Below the pieces are notes generated by a model that saw nothing but the letters and a program-made list of their open reading frames with translations, did not search any database and was not told the DNA's origin. Positions 28,445 through 38,164 of a stretch of DNA of 57,992 nt are shown here, piece after piece. The translations under genes and the position numbers were made by a program. Location of the stretch: contig CAJOMF010000012.1 in the NCBI GenBank assembly GCA_905235605.1, positions 1 to 57,992 of the forward strand, read 5' to 3'. How positions within the stretch are numbered: position 1 is the stretch's first letter; each line of letters begins with the position of its first letter. This stretch comes from an uncultured bacterium (GTDB taxonomy: Bacteria > UBP6 > UBA1177).

Positions 28445-29834
28445 AGGCATCCTCTCATCCAAAAAACTCATTGTTTTTATCGCAATTATTGTTCTGTTGA
28501 TTGCCATCCTGCCTGGTCAGATCACTAATACAGTTCCCTTGGAAATATCGCTTCTCTTTTTTGTTATCGCGATGTTCAGTGTTATCGGAATAATTCGTGA
28601 ACTTGATTATGCTGCAGTAACTTTGAACATGATTCACTGGATTTTTATGCTGATTTTCTTTTTTATTGCACCGCTTATACAGACTTCTTTCGGATTCTCA
28701 GCATGGGGATTTAACTCCATGGATAACGATAATGTTACCAAAAGTTGTCTGGCAATTATTTTATGGATTGTTGTCTACTCTTTAAGCGGCATTCTTATTG
28801 GAAAAAAAATTCATCTGACAGGGGGCGAGCAGAGAGAAAAAATATCATCCGGCTGGCTTTATATTTTCACATTTCTCAGCCTTGTTTGCGGAATCACGAT
28901 TGTTGCAAGATATGGTTTTTTTAATCTGTTTTCGCGTGCTGATTTGAAAGCTGGAGAGGATGCTTTTGAGATGTCAAAAGCTGTCGGATTGATTTGGGCA
29001 AAGTGTTCAAGAGCAACGATAGTTTTCACTGAAGTGTTGCTGGTTATGACACTTATAAAAAAAGAAATTAATGTGAGCAAGCTTTTGACTATTAATACTA
29101 TTGTTTTAATACTTTCGTGTTTTCCTTTTGCTTTATCTAGAAACGAAGCCGGTATTATTTATCTTGGACTTTTTGTGGTATTTTTCTATCGTGATTTAGA
29201 AAAATTCAGACAGAAACCTTGGTATATTTTCTGCTTTTTGGGAGCGACACTTGTAGTTTTCCCCGTTTTGAATGTTTTTAGAAAAATGAGTCTGTATGAT
29301 AAAAATCTTTTTTCTATAATTTATAGTATGTTTACTAATTTGCCAATGGAATATCTGTCAGCAAATTATGACGCTTTTTCAATGATTGAGGGTGTTAGAA
29401 ATTATACCGAAATTGCTGATTTTACGTATGGTTATCAGCTTTTGGGTGCAATCTTTTTCTTTGTTCCAAGAAGCATCTGGGGAAGCAAACCAATTGGTTC
29501 CGGAGCTATGATATCACAATTTCAAGGTCAGCAGTTTTCAAATATTTCATGTCCGCTTATTGGAGAAGGTTATATCAATTTTGGGATTTTCGGAGTAGTT
29601 TTGTTTGCATTTGTTTTCGGTGTTCTGAATACTGTTTTTGACAGAAAATATTGGGAGAATGCTACAAGTCAGAATTTTAGTTTTATAAAAATTATTTATC
29701 CTTTTCTTCCCCCCTGTTTTTTCTTCATGCTGCGAGGAGATTTGATGTCGAGTTTGGCATATACATTGGCGTATGTGTTTATATTTTGGTTTTTGTTTAA
29801 AATAAGCAAATGGCATGTTAGGTTAAAACAATAA
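28434..29834 (+). CDS. wzy: Wzy O-antigen/polysaccharide polymerase
   Basis: AT-rich multi-TM protein with FFVPRSIW..KP, GEGYINFG and FFMLRGDL motifs. Confidence 0.8.
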   Translation: MENKGILSSKKLIVFIAIIVLLIAILPGQITNTVPLEISLLFFVIAMFSVIGIIRELDYAAVTLNMIHWIFMLIFFFIAPLIQTSFGFSAWGFNSMDNDNVTKSCLAIILWIVVYSLSGILIGKKIHLTGGEQREKISSGWLYIFTFLSLVCGITIVARYGFFNLFSRADLKAGEDAFEMSKAVGLIWAKCSRATIVFTEVLLVMTLIKKEINVSKLLTINTIVLILSCFPFALSRNEAGIIYLGLFVVFFYRDLEKFRQKPWYIFCFLGATLVVFPVLNVFRKMSLYDKNLFSIIYSMFTNLPMEYLSANYDAFSMIEGVRNYTEIADFTYGYQLLGAIFFFVPRSIWGSKPIGSGAMISQFQGQQFSNISCPLIGEGYINFGIFGVVLFAFVFGVLNTVFDRKYWENATSQNFSFIKIIYPFLPPCFFFMLRGDLMSSLAYTLAYVFIFWFLFKISKWHVRLKQ

Positions 29835-29856
29835 AAGCTGGTGAGGTGGACGACTT

Positions 29857-30696
29857 ATGGATAATCTTAAACAGATTCAGCAATGTTTGTTAACCATGTT
29901 AAAAGCGTTTCACAGTTATTGTGTTGAGCATAATATCAGATATTACGCTTTAGGCGGGACATTGCTTGGAGCATTGAGACACAAGGGATTTATCCCTTGG
30001 GATGACGATATTGATCTCGGAATTCCACGTGAAGATTATAACTCGTTGATAACATTATTGAATAATCAAAAAATTGATGACAGATATATTTTGGAAACTC
30101 CACTTTCGAATGATCCGAATTACTGCTCTCCTTATTGCAAACTCTATGACACGCAGACAACCTTGATAGAAAATGTAAAAAACAAATTGGTTCGCGGAGT
30201 TTATCTGGACATCTTTCCCCTTGATGGACTGGGAAATTCCAAAGAAGAAGCGAGGAGTAATTACAAGGTAATTCAGCACAAATTAAATCTTTTGGCTTTA
30301 AGGCAAATCAAGCTTAAAAAGGGGAGAAGTTTTTATAAAAATGCATTGCTGTTTTTTGCTCAGGCAATTCCCAATTTTATAATTTCTGAAAAAAAGTTGT
30401 CACAAGAAATCGATGAAATTTGTCAAAAAGTGCCATATAAAACAGCTGCTTGGGGTGGTAATTTGGTGGGAGCTTGGGGACTCAAAGAAATTGTGCCTCT
30501 TTCTGAATTTTCTGAACCAACTTTATATGATTTTGAAGATACGAAGATATTTGGACTGGAACAGGCAGAAGATTATCTGAAAAATATATATGGCGACTGG
30601 AGAAAGTTGCCGCCAGAGGAAAAAAGGGTTTCTCACCATGGTTATTATCTGGATTTAACAACTCCGTATGCGAAATATTCAGACAAGGAGGGATAA
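29857..30696 (+). CDS. licD: LicD-family phosphotransferase
   Basis: GGTLLGALRHKGFIPWDDDIDL, LDIFPLD and YL..IYGDW.KLPP motifs. Confidence 0.93.
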   Translation: MDNLKQIQQCLLTMLKAFHSYCVEHNIRYYALGGTLLGALRHKGFIPWDDDIDLGIPREDYNSLITLLNNQKIDDRYILETPLSNDPNYCSPYCKLYDTQTTLIENVKNKLVRGVYLDIFPLDGLGNSKEEARSNYKVIQHKLNLLALRQIKLKKGRSFYKNALLFFAQAIPNFIISEKKLSQEIDEICQKVPYKTAAWGGNLVGAWGLKEIVPLSEFSEPTLYDFEDTKIFGLEQAEDYLKNIYGDWRKLPPEEKRVSHHGYYLDLTTPYAKYSDKEG

Positions 30697-31413
30697 ATGA
30701 ACATTGCTGTAATTATTGCCGGAGGTTCCGGCTCCAGAATGGGACAAGACATTCCTAAACAGTTTATCAATGTCTATGACAAACCTGTTCTTATCTACAC
30801 TTTGGAAGGTTTCCAGAAACATCCGCAGATAGATGCGATAGAAGTTGTCTGCATTGACGGCTGGCACGATGTTCTCTGGGCATATGCGAAACAGTTTAAT
30901 ATCTCCAAGCTCAAATGGGTGGTCTCAGGCGGAGCAACAGGACAGGAATCTATCCGCAACGGTGTGTACAATCTTGAAGGCAAATGCGCTGATGATGATA
31001 TCGTTGTTATTCATGACGGAATAAGACCTCTTGTTGATGAAACCGTTCTCACGGATGTTATTTTAAAAGCTCAGCAATATGGGAATGCTGTCACTTCACT
31101 GCCTTATAATGAGCAGATTTTTGTGGTTGATGATGAAATCAGTACGGTGAAATATATTCCGCGTGAAACATTGCGCAGAGTCTCAACTCCACAGGCATAC
31201 AGGTTCGAAAAACTGCTTTGGGGTTACAAAAAAGCATTCGCTGAAAAAATCGGCATTTACGGTTCATCTTACACCAACACAATGATGGTTGAATTGGGCG
31301 AGCGTCTCTATTTCGCGGCAGGGTCTGACAAAAACATAAAGCTGACTACAAAAGATGATTTGGAAATGTTCAAAGCATATCTTAAGTCGGATAAGGATAA
31401 TTGGTTGAAATAA
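30697..31413 (+). CDS. IspD/TarI-family polyol-phosphate cytidylyltransferase
   Basis: AGGSGSRMG...PKQF, IHDGIRP, TPQAY and NIKLTT motifs. Confidence 0.9.
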   Translation: MNIAVIIAGGSGSRMGQDIPKQFINVYDKPVLIYTLEGFQKHPQIDAIEVVCIDGWHDVLWAYAKQFNISKLKWVVSGGATGQESIRNGVYNLEGKCADDDIVVIHDGIRPLVDETVLTDVILKAQQYGNAVTSLPYNEQIFVVDDEISTVKYIPRETLRRVSTPQAYRFEKLLWGYKKAFAEKIGIYGSSYTNTMMVELGERLYFAAGSDKNIKLTTKDDLEMFKAYLKSDKDNWLK

Positions 31414-31423
31414 AGAGGTTCTG

Positions 31424-32497
31424 ATGTCTCTCTATACAAATAAGTTCTATCTTGATGATGTTAAAAATGTTGCAAACTTACTTTTACCATGGGAAAAACT
31501 TCAGAACAAATCTGTTCTCTTGTCCGGTGCTACCGGTCTTCTCGGCAGTTTTTTTGTTGATGTTGTCATGCAGAAAAATACTGAAGGACTCAACTGCACT
31601 GTTTATGCTTTAGGTCGCACACATGAAAAGGCAAAAGAGCGTTTTTCCAAATGGTGGGGAGACAAAAATCTGGTTTTTATTCCGTACGACATCAACAAAC
31701 CTTTTGTCATGGATGATCTCGGAACTATTGATTATGTCCTGCATCTTGCTTCGAACACGCATCCTGTGCAGTATGCGACAGATCCTATAGGAACCATAAC
31801 CACAAATATCATCGGACTTCAGAATATGCTTGATTTTGCGGTTGCTCACAATGCCGTCAGGTTTGTTTTTGCATCTTCCAATGAAGTTTACGGTGAAAAC
31901 CGCGGTGATGTAGAAATGTTTGACGAGCACTACTGCGGATATATCGATTCCAACACCCTCAGGGCAGGTTATCCTGAAAGCAAACGCTGCGGCGAAGCTC
32001 TTTGCCAAGCATATAAATCACAGAAATGTCTTGATGTCGTGATTGCGCGCTTCACACGTTCTTACGGACCTACAATACTTATGAGCGATACAAAAGCAAT
32101 AAGCCAGTTCATAAAAAAAGGTGTGTCAGGGGAAGATATCGTTTTGAAGTCGCCAGGTACTCAAAATTATTCCTACACATACATGGCTGATGCGATATCC
32201 GGATTTCTGTTCCTGCTTTTGAAGGGTGAAAACGGAGAGGCATACAACATTGCCGATGAAGCATCAAACATTATGCTTAAGGATCTTGCCGGGATAATTG
32301 CGGAACATGCAGGAAAAAAGGTCGTGTTCGAGATCCCTGATGCAGTCGAAGCGGCCGGATACAGCAAGGCGACAAAAGCTCTTCTTGACGGCAGCAAACT
32401 GAAAAAGCTGGGATGGAAACCGCGTTACGCGATTAAAGAAGGGATTGAAAGAACGATGGATGTTCTTAGGAAGGAGGGTTTTTCATGGAACAAATAA
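31424..32497 (+). CDS. NAD-dependent epimerase/dehydratase-family reductase, probable CDP-polyol synthesis partner
   Basis: GATGLLG, SSNEVYG and YPESKR motifs; adjacent to TarI-like and LicD genes. Confidence 0.8.
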   Translation: MSLYTNKFYLDDVKNVANLLLPWEKLQNKSVLLSGATGLLGSFFVDVVMQKNTEGLNCTVYALGRTHEKAKERFSKWWGDKNLVFIPYDINKPFVMDDLGTIDYVLHLASNTHPVQYATDPIGTITTNIIGLQNMLDFAVAHNAVRFVFASSNEVYGENRGDVEMFDEHYCGYIDSNTLRAGYPESKRCGEALCQAYKSQKCLDVVIARFTRSYGPTILMSDTKAISQFIKKGVSGEDIVLKSPGTQNYSYTYMADAISGFLFLLLKGENGEAYNIADEASNIMLKDLAGIIAEHAGKKVVFEIPDAVEAAGYSKATKALLDGSKLKKLGWKPRYAIKEGIERTMDVLRKEGFSWNK

Positions 32498-32721
32498 TGG
32501 TGAGTATATCCTGCAACACATACAACCACGAAAAATATATTGCGGATCCTCTGGAAAATCAGAATTTTAGTTCCATAAAAGTGATCTATCCTTTTCTTCC
32601 GCCGTGTTTTTTCTTTATGCTATGTGGAGATTTGATGTCAAGCTTGGCATATACATTGGCGTATGTGCTTATGTTTTGGTTTAAAATCAGCAGATGGCAT
32701 GTCAAGGTAAATCAAAGTTAA
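32485..32721 (+). pseudogene. Chimeric remnant: GT2 5' end fused to a second copy of the wzy 3' end
   Basis: MVSISCNTYNHEKYIAD is a GT2-type N-terminus; 32559-32702 matches wzy 29669-29818 (IYPFLPPCFFFML.GDLMSSLAYTLAYV). Confidence 0.88.
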
Positions 32722-32735
32722 AATGGGAGCTTGAT

Positions 32736-33770
32736 ATGACTGAAAATCTTAAACCTTTTCTCGTTGATGTTCCTGTGAAAATAAACATTTGGATTCGTCC
32801 TGAATGTCAAAAAAGGCAGTTTGAAGTTATCAGACAGGCGAGACCCAGCATCCTCTTCATTCAATCTGACGGCGGAAGAAATGAAAAAGAATGGGAGGCC
32901 ATCAGACAAAACCGTGAAATGATTGATAACGGCATTGATTGGGATTGCAAAGTATACAGGCTCTATGAGGATAAAAATAACGGTTTGTATGCCATGGGGC
33001 GAAAAACGCAAGCTCTTATTTGGGATACTGTTGATCACTGCATTTTTACAGAAGATGACCAGATTCCGTCTGTAAGTTTTTTCCGTTTTTGTGCGGAATT
33101 ATTAGAAAAATATAAAGATGATCAGCGAATAGAATGTATTTGTGGCATGAATCATCTTGGCATATACGATGAACCGCAGAGTGATTATTTTTTTTCACGG
33201 GAAGGTTCTATTTGGGGAACGGCAACTTGGAAGAGGGTTTTTCAAGAGCGCGGTGATTTCACTTATATAGATGATCCGTATGTAATGAAACTTCTTAAAC
33301 AAAGAACCGGAAGAGATAAGATAGTTTGGGAAAGAATCCTCAATTACCCCAAAAATAAGTTTTTTCAAGGTCATGTTGCCGGAGGTGAATTCTGGCGTAA
33401 ATTTAGCGTGTATGCGCAAAACAGATTGCAGATCATCCCGACTAAAAATATGATTCGCAATATTGGATGCACAGCAGATTCAGAACATTCAACGGAGTTC
33501 GAGTGTCTGCCACGCAGCACGCGTAGAGTTTTCAATATGCAAACTTATGAATATGAGTTCCCTCTGAAACACCCCAAATATGTGATTCCGGATGTTTTTT
33601 ATGAGGAAAAACGAAATAAAATTATGGCGCACAACAAGCCTTTTTTGCGGTTCATCAGAGATATAGAAAAGACAATTTTGATGATAAAACATGGGAATAT
33701 TCAAGTTTTGTTAAATAAAATAGTCAAAAGAAAACAGAGAAATAAATCTGATAAAATAGTGGAAAAATAA
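32736..33770 (+). CDS. GT-A fold glycosyltransferase ('hemolytic protein HlpA'-like)
   Basis: RQARP..LFIQSDG.R, IDWDC, FTEDD, SIWG.ATW and P..NMI.NIG motifs. Confidence 0.8.
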   Translation: MTENLKPFLVDVPVKINIWIRPECQKRQFEVIRQARPSILFIQSDGGRNEKEWEAIRQNREMIDNGIDWDCKVYRLYEDKNNGLYAMGRKTQALIWDTVDHCIFTEDDQIPSVSFFRFCAELLEKYKDDQRIECICGMNHLGIYDEPQSDYFFSREGSIWGTATWKRVFQERGDFTYIDDPYVMKLLKQRTGRDKIVWERILNYPKNKFFQGHVAGGEFWRKFSVYAQNRLQIIPTKNMIRNIGCTADSEHSTEFECLPRSTRRVFNMQTYEYEFPLKHPKYVIPDVFYEEKRNKIMAHNKPFLRFIRDIEKTILMIKHGNIQVLLNKIVKRKQRNKSDKIVEK

Positions 33771-33777
33771 TAGATAA

Positions 33778-35313
33778 ATGCGTAGCAGAACCAAATCTTC
33801 AGTTGTAAATATCTTAACAGGTGTCGGTGGAAAATTTCTGACATTTATCCTCGCTTTTTCTCTTAGAACAGTCTTTATTCGTTTGCTTGGCGCGGAATAT
33901 AACGGCGTAAGCGGGCTTTTTATCAATATATTGTCTTTTTTCTCTCTTGCGGAATTAGGTGTTACCAATGTCCTGAATTATAGTCTGTACAAAGTCTTAA
34001 AAGATAACGATATTGACACTATTAATCTTTACATGGTGAAATTCAAGCGAATTTATCATGTAATAGCTTTTTCAATATTGGGAATGGGTTTGTTGTTTAT
34101 TCCGTTCCTGCACTTGTTTGTAAAGAGTTCTTTACCCTTCAACATGATAATAATTTATTATCTTCTTTATCTTTTTGATTCAGTCGTCTCATATTTTGTC
34201 GCATATAAAACATCTTTGATAGTTGCAGATCAAAAAAGATATATTGTGAATATATGTGTATCGTGCGGAACCTTTGCAACTTATCTTATTCAGATTGCAT
34301 ATTTGTTTTTCCGCAGAGATTTCTTGGGATATTTAATAATTCAAGTGATTTGCACCATAGGCAGAAATGTTGTTCTTAATTTCATTGCCAACAGGCATTA
34401 TCCTTATATTAAAAATCCAAAAAATATTGGCTCACGAAGTTTGAATCTTAATGAATTAAAACAAAACATTAAAGCCACTTTCGTATATAAAGTAAGCACA
34501 AAATTGCTGAATAATATTACCAATATTGTTATCTCGGCTATTCTTGGAACAGTGACCGTCGGCTATTATTTTAATTATTATCTGATAATCCAATACATCG
34601 ATGCATATATATATGCAATAACAACAGGTCTGTTAGCAAGTATAGGAAATTTTAATGTTAGTAAAAGCGAGAGTGAGTCTTATGATTTATTTAAGACTTC
34701 CATATTTATATTTTCAGTAATCACCAATGTTTGTATTTGTGCATTGCTTAATTGTTATCAGGAATTTATTCCTATTTGGATCGGAAAGGAGTTTTTGTTG
34801 GGTTGGGATGTTGTGGCAGCAATACTGCTTTTGTTTTATATACATGCGATGTCAAATCCATCATATTTGTTTCGAGAAGCAATGGGTTTGTTTAAAGAAG
34901 TCAAATACACAATGGTTTTTGCCGCTGTTTTTAACATAATTTTCTCTATTATCGGTGGTTATACCATAGGATTGGCCGGCATTATTTTTGCATCCTCTCT
35001 TGCCCGTTTGCTGACAAATGTATGGTATGAACCATTGGTGATTTACCGAAAGAAATTTAAGAATGAGAAAATTCGGGAATATGTGTGGCTTCAGATCAAA
35101 TATCTTGTCATAACAATCGTCTCTTTGATTTTGACAGTCGCAATATGCTGCCAGATTCCTTTCGATGGCATATTCGGTGTGTTGCTTCGAGGCACAGTGT
35201 CTGTTTTGACGGCATTACTTGTCAGCATAATTGTTAGTTGTAAAACTCAGGAATATCTTGCGATAAAAAATAAAATTCTTTCGTTTTTGAAGATTAAAAG
35301 AAAGGCGCCATGA
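33778..35313 (+). CDS. wzx: Polysaccharide flippase (Wzx/MOP superfamily)
   Basis: ~14 TM helices; RTVFI..LG.EY.G...LF.NILS..SLAELG motif. Confidence 0.82.
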   Translation: MRSRTKSSVVNILTGVGGKFLTFILAFSLRTVFIRLLGAEYNGVSGLFINILSFFSLAELGVTNVLNYSLYKVLKDNDIDTINLYMVKFKRIYHVIAFSILGMGLLFIPFLHLFVKSSLPFNMIIIYYLLYLFDSVVSYFVAYKTSLIVADQKRYIVNICVSCGTFATYLIQIAYLFFRRDFLGYLIIQVICTIGRNVVLNFIANRHYPYIKNPKNIGSRSLNLNELKQNIKATFVYKVSTKLLNNITNIVISAILGTVTVGYYFNYYLIIQYIDAYIYAITTGLLASIGNFNVSKSESESYDLFKTSIFIFSVITNVCICALLNCYQEFIPIWIGKEFLLGWDVVAAILLLFYIHAMSNPSYLFREAMGLFKEVKYTMVFAAVFNIIFSIIGGYTIGLAGIIFASSLARLLTNVWYEPLVIYRKKFKNEKIREYVWLQIKYLVITIVSLILTVAICCQIPFDGIFGVLLRGTVSVLTALLVSIIVSCKTQEYLAIKNKILSFLKIKRKAP

Positions 35314-35398
35314 TGGTAGTTAAACTGCTTTTCAAAATTGACAGTTTTAAATATTTATTGAGTATATTGAACGGTTTTTTGAGAAAGAGAAAAAAAAT

Positions 35399-36646
35399 AT
35401 GAAGAAAAAAATTTTAATATTGGGTGGTGCAAGTGTTCACTGCAAGTTGGTCGAAGTTGCCCAAAAATTGGGATGTTATACAATAGTTACTGATTACCTT
35501 AATAATTCTCCGGCAAAGCAAATTGCTGATGAAAGTTGGAATTTGAACATTATGGATGTCGACCTGATTGTCGAAAAATGCAAAGAGGAGAAAGTCGATG
35601 CAGTTATTTCTGGATGGCTTGATCCCTGTCAAAGACCGTATTGCGAAATATGTGAAAAATTAGGACTGCCGTGCTACGGAACAAAGGAGCAGTTCTATCA
35701 AATGACGGATAAACATGCTTTCAAGAAGATGTGTATCGATAACGGCGTAGATGTTATACCCGAGTATGATGAAAGAGATATAGATAAAGTCGAATACCCT
35801 GTATTTGTAAAGCCTGTGGACAACAGGGGATCAAGAGGGCAGACTGTATGTTATGATAAGGAATCCCTTGTCAAAGCTATTGAATATGCCAAATCGGAAT
35901 CGTCAAACGGAGATATTCTGATTGAAAAATATATGAAAGATGCTGAGGAATTGCAGGTTACATATTTTTTTGTTAATGGTGAACCGTTTCTTCTTAGAAC
36001 GACAGATAGTTATTGTGGCTCAGAGGATAACCACCTCGAAAAAGTGGTGGCTTGCGCGATTTCGCCTTCCAAACATACCGAACAATATTTGAAAACCAGC
36101 CATAACCAAGTCATAAAAATGTTCAAACGGCTCGGTTTTATGAATGGGCCGATATTTATGCAGGGATTTGTCGATAAAGGTGTTTTCCGCTTTTTTGATC
36201 CTGGTCTCAGATTCCCAGGTGTTGATTATGAACGCATCTATGAAAAAGTTTTCGGTATCAGTCTCATGGAACTTATGGTTCAAATTGCAGTCAACGGAAA
36301 ATGCGATCAAGGAGTCGTTCTTCCCAAAGACGGTGTCAATTTAAACGGGAAGCGTGCGGCTGTTCTGTTCCCGACGGTAAAAGCTGGAAAAGTTGGAAAA
36401 ATATGCGGCTTGGAAGAATTGATTTCCGATGATCATGTCGTCTCTGTATGGCGGAGATGTGATGTCGGTGATGAAGTGAAGTGGTGCTATAACGTTAATC
36501 AGCGATCATTGGAGGCCGATATTCTGTGCGATGGAACGGAGCAATTAAAAAAGTATCTGAAGAAGTTTTTATCAAAATATAAGGTCTACGATATCAATGG
36601 AAACGATATGGTTTTCGAAATTTTTGATGCAGAAAGGGTGATCTGA
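35399..36646 (+). CDS. ATP-grasp ligase (module 1)
   Basis: ILILGG, DKHAFK, YPVFVKPVDNRGSRG, LIEKY and R.PG motifs. Confidence 0.88.
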   Translation: MKKKILILGGASVHCKLVEVAQKLGCYTIVTDYLNNSPAKQIADESWNLNIMDVDLIVEKCKEEKVDAVISGWLDPCQRPYCEICEKLGLPCYGTKEQFYQMTDKHAFKKMCIDNGVDVIPEYDERDIDKVEYPVFVKPVDNRGSRGQTVCYDKESLVKAIEYAKSESSNGDILIEKYMKDAEELQVTYFFVNGEPFLLRTTDSYCGSEDNHLEKVVACAISPSKHTEQYLKTSHNQVIKMFKRLGFMNGPIFMQGFVDKGVFRFFDPGLRFPGVDYERIYEKVFGISLMELMVQIAVNGKCDQGVVLPKDGVNLNGKRAAVLFPTVKAGKVGKICGLEELISDDHVVSVWRRCDVGDEVKWCYNVNQRSLEADILCDGTEQLKKYLKKFLSKYKVYDINGNDMVFEIFDAERVI

Positions 36647-36679
36647 TTTTAGGTTAAAAAATAGAAAAGGAGAAATGCT

Positions 36680-37705
36680 ATGAATTTTAAGCGCGACATT
36701 CTTGTTTTAACACAACGTGATTTGATGGATTCCGGCTGTTTTGATTTTAAAGCCGCAATTGAAGTGATCGAAAAAACATTGGTCGATTTTTCTAAAGGCA
36801 GAATAATTTTCCCCGATAAAGTTTCTGTCGTTTTTAATGAGTCCACTCAGGATAGAATAAATTGTCTGCCTGGTGGTCTCATAGATGAAAAAATCTACGG
36901 AATGAAATGGGTGTCGGTTTTTCCGGAAAATCCTTATTTGAAAAATCTGCCTAATTTAAGTGCTGTTATTTTGCTTTCGGAATTAGAAAACGGATTTCCT
37001 GTTGCTTTTATGGAAGGAACTCTCTGTTCAAATATGAGAACTGCTTCAATGAGTGCTATAGGTGCCAAATATCTGGCTAATCCGAATCCGCAGACTATAG
37101 GTTTTATCGGCACTGGCGAACAAGCTAAATCACACTTTCTTGCAATGAAAAATGTGTTTCCGTCGATTCGTATATGTAAAATATCGGCTAACAGCGAAGC
37201 AAGTGAAGAATTGTTTATTGCACAAATGAAAAAGTTCCATCCAGATGTGGAATTTACAGCTTATCACGAGAATTATAAAGATGCTGCAACGGATGCAGAT
37301 ATCATTGTCACTGCGATCAGCGGACAAGAACCTATTTTGAAGGCGGCATGGATCAAAAAAGGAGCTTTTTACTGTCATGTTGCCGGTTATGAAGATGAGT
37401 TCAAGGTCGCACAAAAAGCAGATAAAATCGTTTGCGATGACTGGAATGTAGTAAAACACAGAACTCAAACAATCAGCAGAATGTATAAACAAGGATTGCT
37501 GAAAGACGAAGATATTCACGCCAATTTATACGAGATTGTAACCGGACATAAGCCTGGACGCGAAAATGCAGATGAATTTATATATTATAACGGTGTCGGA
37601 TTGTCCTACATCGATGTTGCGCTTGCGACCTGGATGTACAAAAAAGCCAAAGCAAAAGGTTGTGGTCAGGTAATTACAATGCAGGACAAATCAATGTTCG
37701 ATTGA
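36680..37705 (+). CDS. Ornithine cyclodeaminase/mu-crystallin-family imine reductase
   Basis: GMKWVSVFPEN, MRTA, GFIGTGEQA, ADIIVTA and G.KPGREN..E...Y..VG....D motifs. Confidence 0.88.
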   Translation: MNFKRDILVLTQRDLMDSGCFDFKAAIEVIEKTLVDFSKGRIIFPDKVSVVFNESTQDRINCLPGGLIDEKIYGMKWVSVFPENPYLKNLPNLSAVILLSELENGFPVAFMEGTLCSNMRTASMSAIGAKYLANPNPQTIGFIGTGEQAKSHFLAMKNVFPSIRICKISANSEASEELFIAQMKKFHPDVEFTAYHENYKDAATDADIIVTAISGQEPILKAAWIKKGAFYCHVAGYEDEFKVAQKADKIVCDDWNVVKHRTQTISRMYKQGLLKDEDIHANLYEIVTGHKPGRENADEFIYYNGVGLSYIDVALATWMYKKAKAKGCGQVITMQDKSMFD

Positions 37706-37793
37706 TGCCTCAAATCATTTTCTTATATTCCCCCAAACTATCCACCCAATCTCCAACACACCGAATCTAAACGAGGTTCCAGCACCAGATTCT

Positions 37794-37954
37794 TGCCGCT
37801 TTATGCGATAGGTTGCGTTATCGCGATATTTACGGTCTGCACTTTAATCGACATTCTGAGAATAAACTGTCTGGAAAAGCCTTTCTTCAGGTTGCTTCGA
37901 CAGGCTCAGCAACCGGTGCCGCCGCAGGATTAGGGTGTATAGGGTGTTTAGGGA
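37794..37954 (+). pseudogene. Orphan copy of the acyltransferase 3' end and trailer (direct repeat of 56106-56266)
   Basis: ~160 bp near-identical to 56106-56266, including the GGTTGC-ttcgacaggctca-GCAACC hairpin and ttaggg repeats. Confidence 0.92.
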
Positions 37955-37971
37955 GCGGCGGAGGGAATGAT

Positions 37972-38043
37972 TCTACCGATTCAAGCCTCCCCTGAAGTAG
38001 GGGAGGTGCCGTAAAACGGCGGAGAGGTCTGAAACGTCTCTAC
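37972..38043. repeat. REP-like hairpin element, inverted relative of 23132-23214
   Basis: CCTCCCCT-gaagt-AGGGGAGG...GAGAGGTC followed by CGTCTCTAC. Confidence 0.7.
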
Positions 38044-38164
38044 GAATCAATGAATGAAAAATTTAAAATTCGGTTAAAATAAAAATCTAAAAATAATTTG
38101 ACTTTCATTTATTCTTTGGATATGTTTCTTTTTCAGTGATCATTTTGAGGAATGGGGGCGGCAT

